64,000 nt of DNA from a virus (Duplodnaviria; Caudoviricetes), in the IMG/VR virus record IMGVR_UViG_3300021431_000115, positions 7,821 through 71,820 of that record; one strand, given 5' to 3'. Both the position numbers and the translations under genes were made by a program. The notes under the pieces were generated by a model, which had not been told where the DNA came from, ran no database searches, and saw only the letters and a program-made list of their open reading frames with translations. The stretch's first letter is position 1; each line of letters begins with the position of its first letter. Below are positions 31,801-40,397 of the stretch, piece by piece.

Positions 31801-33903
31801 CCCTGTATAAAAATTAGATACATCGCCAGGCTTATCTCCATATGGACTACTTATAAAGTTAACACTCCAATAACGTCTTCCACCTTTATTTTCAAATATA
31901 ACATTATCAGCTATTGGAACTTTAGTTTTCGTTACTCGAAGTTTTATACCTTTTCCACTATCAAATTCTTTAATTCCCTCTGTATTTTCAGTAGAGTTAT
32001 TGGTTTCTGTAATATAACTAGCCGATTGTATTACAAGATTTTTTATTACATCTATTATAAGTTCATCGTCTATTTTTGTAATATTATCTCCACTAACTGT
32101 TACAGGTAAATTATTTATTATATCACTATAGTCTAAAGTTTCTTTTTGTATGTCTATTTTTACAGCATCAGCATAAGATTGCAAATTAGGATTGAAATCA
32201 GTTTCTTTATAATTTGCAATATACAGTTTATCTTTAAAGCTAGCTATATTTTGAACATTATAAATTTGAAAAGCTGATTCAGTTAAATCAGCAATATCTA
32301 TTTCTTTTATGTAAGCTTGATCATAATCAAATTCTATAGTTGTTGTACTAATGTCAAAATGTTTCCAACTTCTAGCATAATTTTCATCATCATGAGAAAT
32401 TATAAAACCTATTTGAAATTTAGTATATATATCAGCAACATCAATAACATGTTGAACATCAAATACAAAACTTCTACCTGCGTCATGTTCTAGATTTATA
32501 TATTCTAATTGACCTTGATTAGTTTTTTTAATTTCTTTACTACCGGCAAATAGTTCTTTACTAGCAGGATACCAAGCAGTATAATAATCATCACGTATTT
32601 GGTATCTAATAAAAAATTGATATACGCCGTTAGGAATAGGTGTGGTATGATAACCTCTAAAAATTAAGTTATATACAGGAATAGTAGGAGTCTGCGTATA
32701 AATACTTTCATTATCATCAACAGATGATTTGTTAATATTTATACTTTTAAATGGTATAAGAGTATCATCATCTTTATATTCTCCTATATTTATAATAACA
32801 TCTCCATTCAAGTTTGTAATAACATGACCTGTAATTTTACCACCACTCCATCGCCAATTACAATTTATTGGAACAAATTCGTTAGTATGTTCATCATAAC
32901 ACACTATGCTATAAGAAGTAGGATTGTTAGTATTTTTAGGTTCAAGTTTTAAAAATAAATAAAATTTAGTATTATAAGGTATATATCCTAAAATTTTATA
33001 AGATTTAGCAGAATTAAATTTAGTATATATAGCACTATAATCTGTAGATAATTTTAAATATTTGTCAATTTTATCTTTATATGAATTATTTTGTAATGTT
33101 ATATCACTACTTATACTAGTACTTTTAGATAGGCAATTTACTATATCATCACTAAAATCTCTTACAAATACTGATAGCAATTCATATACAGCTTGACTAT
33201 AAGTATTATTTGTTAGATTCTCATAAGGACGATAATCATAAAAATAAGTATTAAAAAATCCACTGTCAAAGTTAGGACTATCCTCATCTAAAAAAGAAGA
33301 TACTATATCATAATAAAGTTTATAATAAGTTTTAGTTTCATCATACGTAGTACTTCCATCAGTCATAGCACCAAAACCTGAATCACCAAATTTAGTTTCA
33401 TCATTTTCGTCTGTTGTAGGATGCCATCTTTCAGCTATATCATTTCTAGCAACTTTATTAAAAAACTCTGGAGAAACTAATGGAAACTTTTTACTATTCT
33501 TATTAGCAATCGCTAATACTTCACCATAATTATCATAAGTAAAACTGTCAGCATCGGCTTCATATAATTTAATATAATCAGCACTAGTTGTGTGACCAGG
33601 AGTTGCAAAAAATTCAATACTAATATAGTCTTTTAATTGTTGAATATTATCAAACTCATCTACTTCAATATTTATAGTATTTCCAAGTTTAGCATATTTT
33701 TCTGATTCAGTTTCATATACTGTAGATAATCTTAAAGATGTTTCAGCAATAGTTTGTAAATCTAAAGGAAGTTTTGTTAAGCCAGTATCTCTACTTATAG
33801 TACCATCTTTAAGTAGTCTAATATTTTTTGCAAATACTAGACTATTATTCTTAACTAACTGAGGAGTTTTATTTAAATTAAGTTCACCTACTATATGTCC
33901 CAT
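28861..33903 (-). CDS. Tail muzzle / tail stabilization protein (P22 gp10-like)
   Basis: 1680 aa; N-terminal LNLNKTP...SLVFAKNIRL, YQFFIRY, KLYIANYKE, YGGLQ and C-terminal GRYFVGRF segments; follows the tail tubular gene as in crAss-like phages. Confidence 0.8.
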   Translation of the reverse strand: MGHIVGELNLNKTPQLVKNNSLVFAKNIRLLKDGTISRDTGLTKLPLDLQTIAETSLRLSTVYETESEKYAKLGNTINIEVDEFDNIQQLKDYISIEFFATPGHTTSADYIKLYEADADSFTYDNYGEVLAIANKNSKKFPLVSPEFFNKVARNDIAERWHPTTDENDETKFGDSGFGAMTDGSTTYDETKTYYKLYYDIVSSFLDEDSPNFDSGFFNTYFYDYRPYENLTNNTYSQAVYELLSVFVRDFSDDIVNCLSKSTSISSDITLQNNSYKDKIDKYLKLSTDYSAIYTKFNSAKSYKILGYIPYNTKFYLFLKLEPKNTNNPTSYSIVCYDEHTNEFVPINCNWRWSGGKITGHVITNLNGDVIINIGEYKDDDTLIPFKSININKSSVDDNESIYTQTPTIPVYNLIFRGYHTTPIPNGVYQFFIRYQIRDDYYTAWYPASKELFAGSKEIKKTNQGQLEYINLEHDAGRSFVFDVQHVIDVADIYTKFQIGFIISHDDENYARSWKHFDISTTTIEFDYDQAYIKEIDIADLTESAFQIYNVQNIASFKDKLYIANYKETDFNPNLQSYADAVKIDIQKETLDYSDIINNLPVTVSGDNITKIDDELIIDVIKNLVIQSASYITETNNSTENTEGIKEFDSGKGIKLRVTKTKVPIADNVIFENKGGRRYWSVNFISSPYGDKPGDVSNFYTGEFAFIKQLITYNKYPIHLGSDDSQKFMYCGYTYNSNDTYKGFANALNAGLNLAGGADVTDSVQKRAHLRTYNGYKTWALNNYIPNLTTITDISGGVEFSEYIDDVLNHIFANSVATINGVTKTLNITNWHEKKFWYIAKIKDGKALETDAAGYASDIYSAEGITRVPTNAVYTGDVYEIQLEVIEDFSGLRFTPSSQTPSFITINETISNLTTLLPYQTYKFFIHYMNKNGEITNGYQIGDKDGITIGEEPPNKIIYPSFSHVYYPAGYDSCFISIQHYKTKLATLFDIKTIPGVQIDSVDALCANCIDLDARLVSPVTNLPIVRNGWASVIGSYHGSFDSTYLELFGSNGKVVYSDPGHFPTGLDSYAYLKLDYTSNSDDTKLTKCTPFFNTDSYNDKNDLNLLGYLCHVRKLNDCIDYYYSDTEVFAKTINHNAIILDAKDVTYDIWGSYNSSPEFLVYSDFNLNYLSLTLDVIAKVKTNDYDYMQESTAAIVAISSVQLSDIYELKSMYRSYSKRYFYKTDNKSLIKFDNTVRSSKLEGDEASVNIYRFETGDYYNIPTNKGKIVNLVASGEAIIVHTQDAIFKFAGSNTITANGGEDVALKENQPFESGIQEMFGSQYGYGGLQNKRNSIVTQAGYFFYDADSNIIYGYSGDNKLGELSSPIEKLMNFATVVNIDFACDFYNDRLFINLKLNNGYFVTLSYNIRVNSFVSLHDFDYDYSITTKDKCYFLNDKDIYVVDDEAIGYKGLDKDDRLFPYRVTDKIDGHYVRAAILDVIYNDQYQQPKVLESIQWVCKAIEEYGNTWKISERMPNAEKVILKPFMAEEFCVPYSGEWLRIYSDLASTALNYINTRANDYSIYKTEDGVEVEELYRDDSHKITGENAYKYPRFNLGSYSFNYFRNILNNAPLVINSPENPEPYKTDVYTYVETSQGIVDRHPQADNKSLIYGRYFVGRFILSNRVNFKLENVMFITTPYK

Positions 33904-33905
33904 AA

Positions 33906-34697
33906 TTAATCTCTAGGTCTAAAAGTACTATTATAAAAGAAATTAGCCCAACCTTCATTTTTGTTTTTACTAATATCCATTTTAACAGCATTAGCAGCTT
34001 TAGTTTTAAGAAGACTCCACTGAATAAAAGGATTAGTAACTTGACTGTTAGACTTTAAATCATATACTGGATGCTTACTTCCACGACTTAAATATTTAAA
34101 CATACAATACCAAGAAAGAGCTTCAAGAAGAAGACCATTGTCGTAGATATAAGGACACTCACAGTCATAATATTCATCATAGTATGTAGCAGTTTCATAA
34201 CTTTCTACAACTATGCTATCAGTATCAAAATTCAATTCTATGTTGTTTCCATCTAAAACAAAATTTCTACCACTAGCAGAAGTTACAGTACCTATTAAAA
34301 CAGTATTAACTCCTGACTTGTTGGTAGAATCAAATATGCCTATTTCCTTGTTATCACTATTTCCTACAGGGGTGCTAGTATTACATCCACAGTTATCAGC
34401 TTTACCAAAATTGTTATTACAATTACATCCTTTACTGCTATCAAATTCTTTTATTTCATTACCATTACTATCATAAACTTTAAGTTCTGTAGCATTAAGT
34501 TCACAAGGAAATTGAGCTATTCGTTCTGATACTTCTAATGTTCTTCTTTTCTTTTCAGAAGGTAGAATTTTCATTTGTGAAAGAGCATCAGTAACCCAAG
34601 CAGCAACTCTAGGAATCCAATCACTTTCACTAATATTAAAGTCATTGTCTATTTTTCCTATTAGTCGATGTAGCGTTAATTGATTTTTGAGCTTCAT
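33906..34697 (-). CDS. Tail tubular / ring protein (P22 gp4-like)
   Basis: 263 aa, RLIGKIDNDFNISESDWIPRVAAWVTDAL; immediately upstream of the muzzle. Confidence 0.7.
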   Translation of the reverse strand: MKLKNQLTLHRLIGKIDNDFNISESDWIPRVAAWVTDALSQMKILPSEKKRRTLEVSERIAQFPCELNATELKVYDSNGNEIKEFDSSKGCNCNNNFGKADNCGCNTSTPVGNSDNKEIGIFDSTNKSGVNTVLIGTVTSASGRNFVLDGNNIELNFDTDSIVVESYETATYYDEYYDCECPYIYDNGLLLEALSWYCMFKYLSRGSKHPVYDLKSNSQVTNPFIQWSLLKTKAANAVKMDISKNKNEGWANFFYNSTFRPRD

Positions 34698-35598
34698 TTC
34701 TTATAAATTTAGTATATAACATTTTATTAACTTTATTACAAAGAGTTAATTTAGTTTTTAAATCTACAGAAAGTTCACAAATTTTATCAATATCACCATT
34801 ACATTCTTTTATCAGATCTTCATTAGTTTTACCTCTAACTTCAGCTCCTCTATAATCAGTAATGTCTAATTTAAGTTTTCTACCATCTATAAGCTTGCAA
34901 TTAATAAGAGGTATCTCATAACAATATTCATTATTCATAAACACTCTTACATCTTCAGCTTTGTATTCTAAACCATTTCTAGCACACCAATCAGCTTCTT
35001 CTTTATTATAAATTCGTTTACCTTCTTTTATTAACTCTTCTTTTCTTCTTTTTGTAGCAGCATAATCTAAAGGTCTTTTAGGATTATTTAGATGACAACG
35101 ATTAATACATATCCAACCCATGTTGTTATCAAATACATAACCAGCGCCATCTAATATTAACTTCTTATGAACCTCTGTATAATATGCCTTTAATATATCT
35201 TTGTATTGATACAAGCCTAAGCTTAATATCTTATCTACTAAAGCTAAATCCTTTTTGTATAAGTATATTTGTTTTTGATATTTAGCTAACTTATACAAAT
35301 CATATAAGTCTGCAACCAACTCATATTCATCACGTCTATTAACAAAAGCACCTTTACTCGCTTTAAGAAAAGTTCCAGTACTATATTCATTATTAACAAA
35401 TTCAGAATACTTTGTCAAATCAAAAGAATAATCTTCTTTATATTTAGTTGCATTATCTTTTATTTCATTATATAATTGACTACATTCTTTTTCTAGTTCT
35501 TCTAGTTGTGTAGTAATATTATTTTTCTTGTCTTTACATACTTCCATAAGATGTTTATAGTATGTACGAAAATTAACAGGAGTATTTTTTATCGCCAT
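34642..35598 (-). CDS. Conserved crAss protein, putative IHF/HU-like DNA-binding protein
   Basis: 318 aa; EVHKKLILDGAGYVFDNNMGWICINR...LDYAATK resembles the IHF-like gene located between ring genes in crAss-like phages. Confidence 0.5.
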   Translation of the reverse strand: MAIKNTPVNFRTYYKHLMEVCKDKKNNITTQLEELEKECSQLYNEIKDNATKYKEDYSFDLTKYSEFVNNEYSTGTFLKASKGAFVNRRDEYELVADLYDLYKLAKYQKQIYLYKKDLALVDKILSLGLYQYKDILKAYYTEVHKKLILDGAGYVFDNNMGWICINRCHLNNPKRPLDYAATKRRKEELIKEGKRIYNKEEADWCARNGLEYKAEDVRVFMNNEYCYEIPLINCKLIDGRKLKLDITDYRGAEVRGKTNEDLIKECNGDIDKICELSVDLKTKLTLCNKVNKMLYTKFIRNEAQKSINATSTNRKNRQ

Positions 35599-35600
35599 AA

Positions 35601-36290
35601 TTAACTAGCATATTGAATAGTTGAAGGAATTTCATTTGTTTCACGAACAGTAGAAAGTAAATCTCTCTTATAAATAATATCTTTAATCTGTCCTAACATA
35701 TCCTCTGAAATTAAATATTCGTTTTCATCCATGTAAGCATCAAAACCATCTATATCTCCATTTGTTACAGATATATAATTAGGATGTTCAAATGCTGACT
35801 CTATGATAATTTTATTAAAGTTTAAAGTTTTATTATCTGGTGGAAATATATAAAGATACTCGTTAATATAATCATAACAAGGCATCCCACATAATCCAGG
35901 AACAGCTCCTCTAAATCTAGCAGTAGTTTCTTTTATAAAAGGTATTTCCCTATTAGTTTTAAAACCAACAGTACTAACTCTATCAAACGGCAAATTATTA
36001 ACAAGACGAACAGGTCTAGGAACTTGTTGTTTAGTTCTTTTAATTTTAGTTATATCAATGTTTTCATAACCTTCAGGAAAAGTTATATCGCCATCATTGA
36101 CATCTATAAGAGTAACTTTAAATCTCTGAGTAAGCTCTTTATCTACATAACCATGATTCTCAAAACTTCTTCTAATACACTCGTTTCTAGTTTGCACTAC
36201 AAGAAGTTTAAGATTCTCACGAAGAGCTTTATTATTGGGCTGTTTTAAACTATGTGCTAGTTCACTTACAACCATTGCTAGACTTGCCAT
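35601..36290 (-). CDS. Tail ring / neck protein
   Basis: 229 aa, first gene of the tail operon; YDYINEYLYIF and ESAFEHP segments typical of crAss ring proteins. Confidence 0.6.
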   Translation of the reverse strand: MASLAMVVSELAHSLKQPNNKALRENLKLLVVQTRNECIRRSFENHGYVDKELTQRFKVTLIDVNDGDITFPEGYENIDITKIKRTKQQVPRPVRLVNNLPFDRVSTVGFKTNREIPFIKETTARFRGAVPGLCGMPCYDYINEYLYIFPPDNKTLNFNKIIIESAFEHPNYISVTNGDIDGFDAYMDENEYLISEDMLGQIKDIIYKRDLLSTVRETNEIPSTIQYAS

Positions 36291-36433
36291 ATCTCATTTA
36301 ATTTAAAAAGTTGCTATAGACTAATTACTAAACTTTGAGAGAGGGAGGGAGAAATATAGAAAATAGCAATTACATCTATAGCAACTTGAAAATAATTAAT
36401 AAAACTACTAACTTTACTAACTTTAATCACAAG

Positions 36434-36465
36434 CAAATATACAAAAAGGTTTTCACATAACCAAA
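36434..36465 (-). promoter_or_regulatory. Bacteroidota sigma-A-type promoter for the tail/cargo/RNAP operon
   Basis: Minus strand TTTG (36465-36462), 20-nt spacer, TATATTTG (36441-36434), matching TTTG-N19-21-TAnnTTTG. Confidence 0.7.
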
Positions 36466-36585
36466 CAAAATGGGTGAAATTTAGTGCCCTGCATAGCCTA
36501 CAATGCACGAAAATTTTTCATCCTATGGACTTAACCTTTTAAAAATAAACGGCTTACAGAGTGATTTTAAAAGACATAATTATTC

Positions 36586-36996
36586 TTAATTACATTTATC
36601 GAAAACAACACAACTAACAGCATCAAACATTTGTTTAACAATATATCCTATAGTATATGCAGCATCTTCTCCTTTGTCAGGAATACGATAATAACTAAAT
36701 ATACCTTGTTTGATATGCTCTGCTTCATGTACTATAGAAGACAAATATTCAGCTTTAGATGTGTGCCTATTAAATATAACAACACTACATCTATGTTTTA
36801 GAGAATTTATAGTAACACCATAAGCATCATGAGAGAGATGATATTTGATATTATCAATTTCCTCTACAGGGGTGCTAACATCTAATAATTCTCTACGTAC
36901 AATATTAAAATAGTCATAGTCTATATTATAATAAACTATGACTGTCCAATAATGTTTTATATTAAAAACTTGCTTAATCATATCATATCGTCCCAT
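36586..36996 (-). CDS. Small HExxH metallopeptidase-like protein
   Basis: 136 aa; IVHEAEH followed by GEDAAYTIG (third ligand Glu). Confidence 0.65.
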   Translation of the reverse strand: MGRYDMIKQVFNIKHYWTVIVYYNIDYDYFNIVRRELLDVSTPVEEIDNIKYHLSHDAYGVTINSLKHRCSVVIFNRHTSKAEYLSSIVHEAEHIKQGIFSYYRIPDKGEDAAYTIGYIVKQMFDAVSCVVFDKCN

Positions 36997-37394
36997 TCAA
37001 TAGGATTATCCATAAATACAGTATCAGCATAAAAACGATTAAACACAAAACCTTCTTCGGCGTCTACATCATCTAATACGTCTTTTACATATTTTATAAG
37101 TTGGTCTTCACCTCTAATAGAAGAACCAAGAAAATCAGCTTTACACATATTAGCAACATAAACTGCATCATAAAGTTTATTACGTTTAATCTCAACTCTA
37201 TATGTAGCCATAAGATTATCAACATCTTGTTTAGTATATGGAACAATCTTTTCTATTCGTCCATTAGGAGTTTTATGTTCCATTCTACTTACAGCTTCAT
37301 CACAAAGTTTTTTATTAAAGTGACAACCATAATTATTGATATAGATTTTCATTCCCTCAGGAATTTCATCATAACTACCAGTTCTTCTATTCAT
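36978..37394 (-). CDS. Conserved hypothetical phage protein (cassette)
   Basis: 138 aa; YGCHFNKKLCDEAVSRM...YDAVYVANMCKADF...IEWDDMI; overlaps the next gene. Confidence 0.7.
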   Translation of the reverse strand: MNRRTGSYDEIPEGMKIYINNYGCHFNKKLCDEAVSRMEHKTPNGRIEKIVPYTKQDVDNLMATYRVEIKRNKLYDAVYVANMCKADFLGSSIRGEDQLIKYVKDVLDDVDAEEGFVFNRFYADTVFMDNPIEWDDMI

Positions 37395-37410
37395 AGCATT
37401 TTAATTTAAA

Positions 37411-37455
37411 GGTAGATTGATTACACCCCCTGTAGAAGGAATGTATCAATCTACC
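37411..37455 (-). terminator. Intergenic hairpin enclosing a copy of the dispersed motif
   Basis: 11-bp stem GGTAGATTGAT / ATCAATCTACC, loop contains CCCCCTGTAGAAGGAA; followed by TTT on the minus strand. Confidence 0.5.
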
Positions 37456-37463
37456 ACAATTAA

Positions 37464-37685
37464 TTACCTACCCATTCTATATCTTGAACGATATGAACCT
37501 CCACGATATGAAGTATCACCTCTATACATAGGCTCTTCATAATCATAATCAGATTCATCACCTTCCATTTCTTCCATCTTTTCTTCAAGACATTCAACTA
37601 CTTCTTCAATGTCTTTCTTCATTCTTTTAACTTTACGAAGAAGATGTTTTGCTTCTTCAGCTGATTTATATCTAACAATAACCAT
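37464..37685 (-). CDS. Small hypothetical protein with acidic and Arg/Gly/Tyr-rich tail (cassette)
   Basis: 73 aa, coiled coil then YRGDTSYRGGSYRSRY. Confidence 0.65.
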   Translation of the reverse strand: MVIVRYKSAEEAKHLLRKVKRMKKDIEEVVECLEEKMEEMEGDESDYDYEEPMYRGDTSYRGGSYRSRYRMGR

Positions 37686-37689
37686 AATA

Positions 37690-38196
37690 TTATTCTTCTT
37701 TAGTTTCAGGTTTAAGAGCGTCTATTAATTGTTTTAATTGTCCACTTAGAGTATTCACTTGATTTTGTAGTTGACTAATAGTATCATCTCTTTTAGCTTC
37801 CGCTGCAAGTTTAGGATTAACTGTCACAAGAATGTTTTTGCAATCTTCTGCTCTAAGTTTATGTCTATCATAACTTGCTATTATGGATTCACTCTCTTGT
37901 AATGCATTAGTTAAATAATTAACAAGTGCATCTTTACTATCCATTAATACAAAACCATTATTACTAAAGTCTGCTACTGTAAGACTACTAGGTATTTGAG
38001 TGAACTCTTTATCTTCTCCTTCTACTTTAACAGATATATCTACTGCATTATTTGTTGGATACATTGCCATAGGATTATATCTAGCTTGTCTTGCTATAGA
38101 AGGAGTAACTTTAATTACTTGACCAACAAGTAATTTATATCTATCTCTCACATCAAGAATGTAGAGATCTTGACCAGCACTTAAATTTAGAAACAT
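37690..38196 (-). CDS. Conserved hypothetical protein with C-terminal coiled coil (cassette)
   Basis: 168 aa, tightly packed with neighbours. Confidence 0.7.
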   Translation of the reverse strand: MFLNLSAGQDLYILDVRDRYKLLVGQVIKVTPSIARQARYNPMAMYPTNNAVDISVKVEGEDKEFTQIPSSLTVADFSNNGFVLMDSKDALVNYLTNALQESESIIASYDRHKLRAEDCKNILVTVNPKLAAEAKRDDTISQLQNQVNTLSGQLKQLIDALKPETKEE

Positions 38197-38215
38197 AGTT
38201 ATACAATTTAATTAA

Positions 38216-38554
38216 TTATAATATCTGCATCTGATTGGCATTTTTATCATACCATATAAGATATACACCAGGACCAACTAAATCAGTACCTACAGCCTCA
38301 GTACCACCTTTAACAGTTAGAGGTTGAGTAAAGCTATTACTACTAAATATAATTGGAAGTGCGTCTCCTCCTGTAGGTATAGCAACATTTAATCTAAATG
38401 CAACAACACCATTAGCACTCAACGCTCTAAATACTCTGTTAGGAAGAGTTATAACAACGTTAGTATCAGTTACTGTAACTGCAGAACTTTCAATCATAGG
38501 AATACCATTCCTATTAGCAAAGTTAAACGGATAATTAGTAGTAGCACCAAACAT
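38216..38554 (-). CDS. Conserved hypothetical beta-rich protein (cassette)
   Basis: 112 aa, FANRNGIPMIESSAVTVT...GPGVYLIWYDK. Confidence 0.7.
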   Translation of the reverse strand: MFGATTNYPFNFANRNGIPMIESSAVTVTDTNVVITLPNRVFRALSANGVVAFRLNVAIPTGGDALPIIFSSNSFTQPLTVKGGTEAVGTDLVGPGVYLIWYDKNANQMQIL

Positions 38555-38572
38555 AATGATAAGATGTTTTAA

Positions 38573-39589
38573 TTAGTTCCAAAAATTAGTTTGTCCCCAA
38601 GCACCATAGTTATAACCAACATACGGAGTTGCATTAGCAGCTACAAGATTAGGCCATTGAACAGGTACAGTATTAGGTTGTTTAGCTGCAATAGCATCAA
38701 TCTTATCATCTAAAGCATGAAAAGCTGCGTTGAATTGCAGAGTCTGCTTATCATTACTGATTTGATTCCTCAACTGAGTAATAATATCTCCCTGAGTATC
38801 AATCTTATTCTGAAGCTCACGTTCTTTCAAATCACAGAACTCTTTTGTAATCATTGTATTCTGATTAGCAATAGCATTTAAGATGCTAGTTGTATCACGT
38901 TCTGCTTGATTTTGAAGTGTATTAGTTTGCTGACAAATAGCAAGATTCTGATCACCCTTAGCTTCTGCAAGCTGTAAACGAACATTAGCATCATGCTGAG
39001 CAAGTTGGAATTGAGCAGCATTAGCATTACGAGCAGCTTCAGCTTGTAATGTAGCAGTCTGATTAGCAGTGGCAAGACGATTCTCACAGCAGCACTCACA
39101 AAGCTGACGACCAAGAGTAGCATTACCATTCTGAACTTCATTAATAACTTGAAGAGCAGTAAGACCAAAGCGTTCCCCGATAGAAGAAAGCTTAGCATTT
39201 GCATCAGCAAGTCCAGCTTTAACAAAATCAACACTGCTATTTGTAATCTGAGCAAGCTGTGCAATAGCATCAGCACGACCATTAAGAGCCTGGAGAATCA
39301 AATCACGACCTTGGATGTTAGTAAGTTGATTAGAAATAAAGCCAGTACCTGCAACATCAGCAGCTGCAGCAGCTCCATTTCCACCCCAACCTCCAAATCC
39401 TCCCCAACCATTTCCAAACATACTAAGGAAAGGAAGAATAAAAGGATACATAAACATCATCCACATCGGATTGTTCATACCACCGCCCCAACCATTATTA
39501 GCATTAAGGGCAGCAATAGTAGCATAATCAGCAATGTTACCACGTCCAGATTGTGAATCTGGAAAAACATAAACACCTTCTTGTGCCAT
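38573..39589 (-). CDS. Gut-phage family protein with Gly/Trp-rich membrane N-terminus, CCCE motif and coiled coil (cassette lead gene)
   Basis: 338 aa; GWGGFGGWGGNG, hydrophobic segment, QLCECCCENRL, long Gln/Ala coil; codon usage appears capsid-like (CTT, CGT, CAG, AAG). Confidence 0.75.
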   Translation of the reverse strand: MAQEGVYVFPDSQSGRGNIADYATIAALNANNGWGGGMNNPMWMMFMYPFILPFLSMFGNGWGGFGGWGGNGAAAAADVAGTGFISNQLTNIQGRDLILQALNGRADAIAQLAQITNSSVDFVKAGLADANAKLSSIGERFGLTALQVINEVQNGNATLGRQLCECCCENRLATANQTATLQAEAARNANAAQFQLAQHDANVRLQLAEAKGDQNLAICQQTNTLQNQAERDTTSILNAIANQNTMITKEFCDLKERELQNKIDTQGDIITQLRNQISNDKQTLQFNAAFHALDDKIDAIAAKQPNTVPVQWPNLVAANATPYVGYNYGAWGQTNFWN

Positions 39590-39636
39590 AGTTTCATTTG
39601 TTTAAATTTAATTAATAAAAAGTTTAACTTAATCTC

Positions 39637-39689
39637 TAAATGTACATTTAAGATATTGCAAAGTTAAACCAAAAGGAAGACAATTTAAA
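39637..39689 (-). promoter_or_regulatory. Promoter for the cassette with adjacent palindromic operator candidate
   Basis: TAACTTTG -7 box at 39666-39659, TTTA 19 nt upstream; perfect 14-bp palindrome TAAATGTACATTTA at 39637-39650 just downstream. Confidence 0.55.
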
Positions 39690-39710
39690 CAAATGCTAAA
39701 ACAAAAATAA

Positions 39711-39739
39711 AACCGCTAACTTTTAATCAGTTAGCGGTT
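39711..39739 (-). terminator. Intrinsic terminator after the HTH gene
   Basis: 10-bp stem AACCGCTAAC / GTTAGCGGTT, 9-nt loop, followed by TTATTTTTGTTTT on the minus strand. Confidence 0.7.
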
Positions 39740-40006
39740 AAAAGGATTGCTAATTTCGTCCTTATACCAATAGAGTTCGTTAAATCCTTTTCGTTTCTTT
39801 CCTTTAGGAATAAAACCATTTCTAATCCAATTATCAAATGTAGCTCTCGAAACATTTAGATAATCACAAGCTTGTTCTTTACTTAAAGGTTCATGAGCAA
39901 GAATAGTAAACAATTGAGAAGATTCTTCTTTAGTTAGTTCACATTTATCTTCTTCAATTTTAGTTGCTACTTCTCTTAATAGTTTTATTATTAACTTCTT
40001 TAGCAT
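39731..40006 (-). CDS. Helix-turn-helix DNA-binding protein (excisionase/AlpA-like)
   Basis: 91 aa; LSKEQACDYLNVSRATFDNWIRNGFIPKG...LYW. Confidence 0.8.
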   Translation of the reverse strand: MLKKLIIKLLREVATKIEEDKCELTKEESSQLFTILAHEPLSKEQACDYLNVSRATFDNWIRNGFIPKGKKRKGFNELYWYKDEISNPFNR

Positions 40007-40397
40007 TGTGTTTTAGTTTTAAATAAACAGTTAAAAATAAAGTGACACCAAATAAAATACTATTAATAGTTAGATATAGTTTATTAGTTGGCATAATATA
40101 AAATTTGTAATCTACCCAAGCAAATATTTCACTTATAGTAATATAATGTAGAAACATTCTATGATAGTTACAAAAACCAAAAGCATAAGAAGATACATAA
40201 AAGAATATAATAGGGAGTACTGACATACCCCCTATTAAACTAAAGAGTTCAATATTAATACATATAGTAGTTAGAACTACATTTATAAAATAAAGAACAG
40301 CAATAAGAACTGGTATTCTTTTTAATAAATATAATTCTAACTTGTATAAGTATTTATTTAGTTTTACCTCCTTCACCATAACGTCTTCTATTTCCAT
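39960..40397 (-). CDS. Small multi-pass membrane protein
   Basis: About four hydrophobic segments and FCNYHRMFLHY; true start probably ATG at 40397 or 40379 rather than the GTG at 40430. Confidence 0.65.
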   Translation of the reverse strand: MEIEDVMVKEVKLNKYLYKLELYLLKRIPVLIAVLYFINVVLTTICINIELFSLIGGMSVLPIIFFYVSSYAFGFCNYHRMFLHYITISEIFAWVDYKFYIMPTNKLYLTINSILFGVTLFLTVYLKLKHNAKEVNNKTIKRSSN

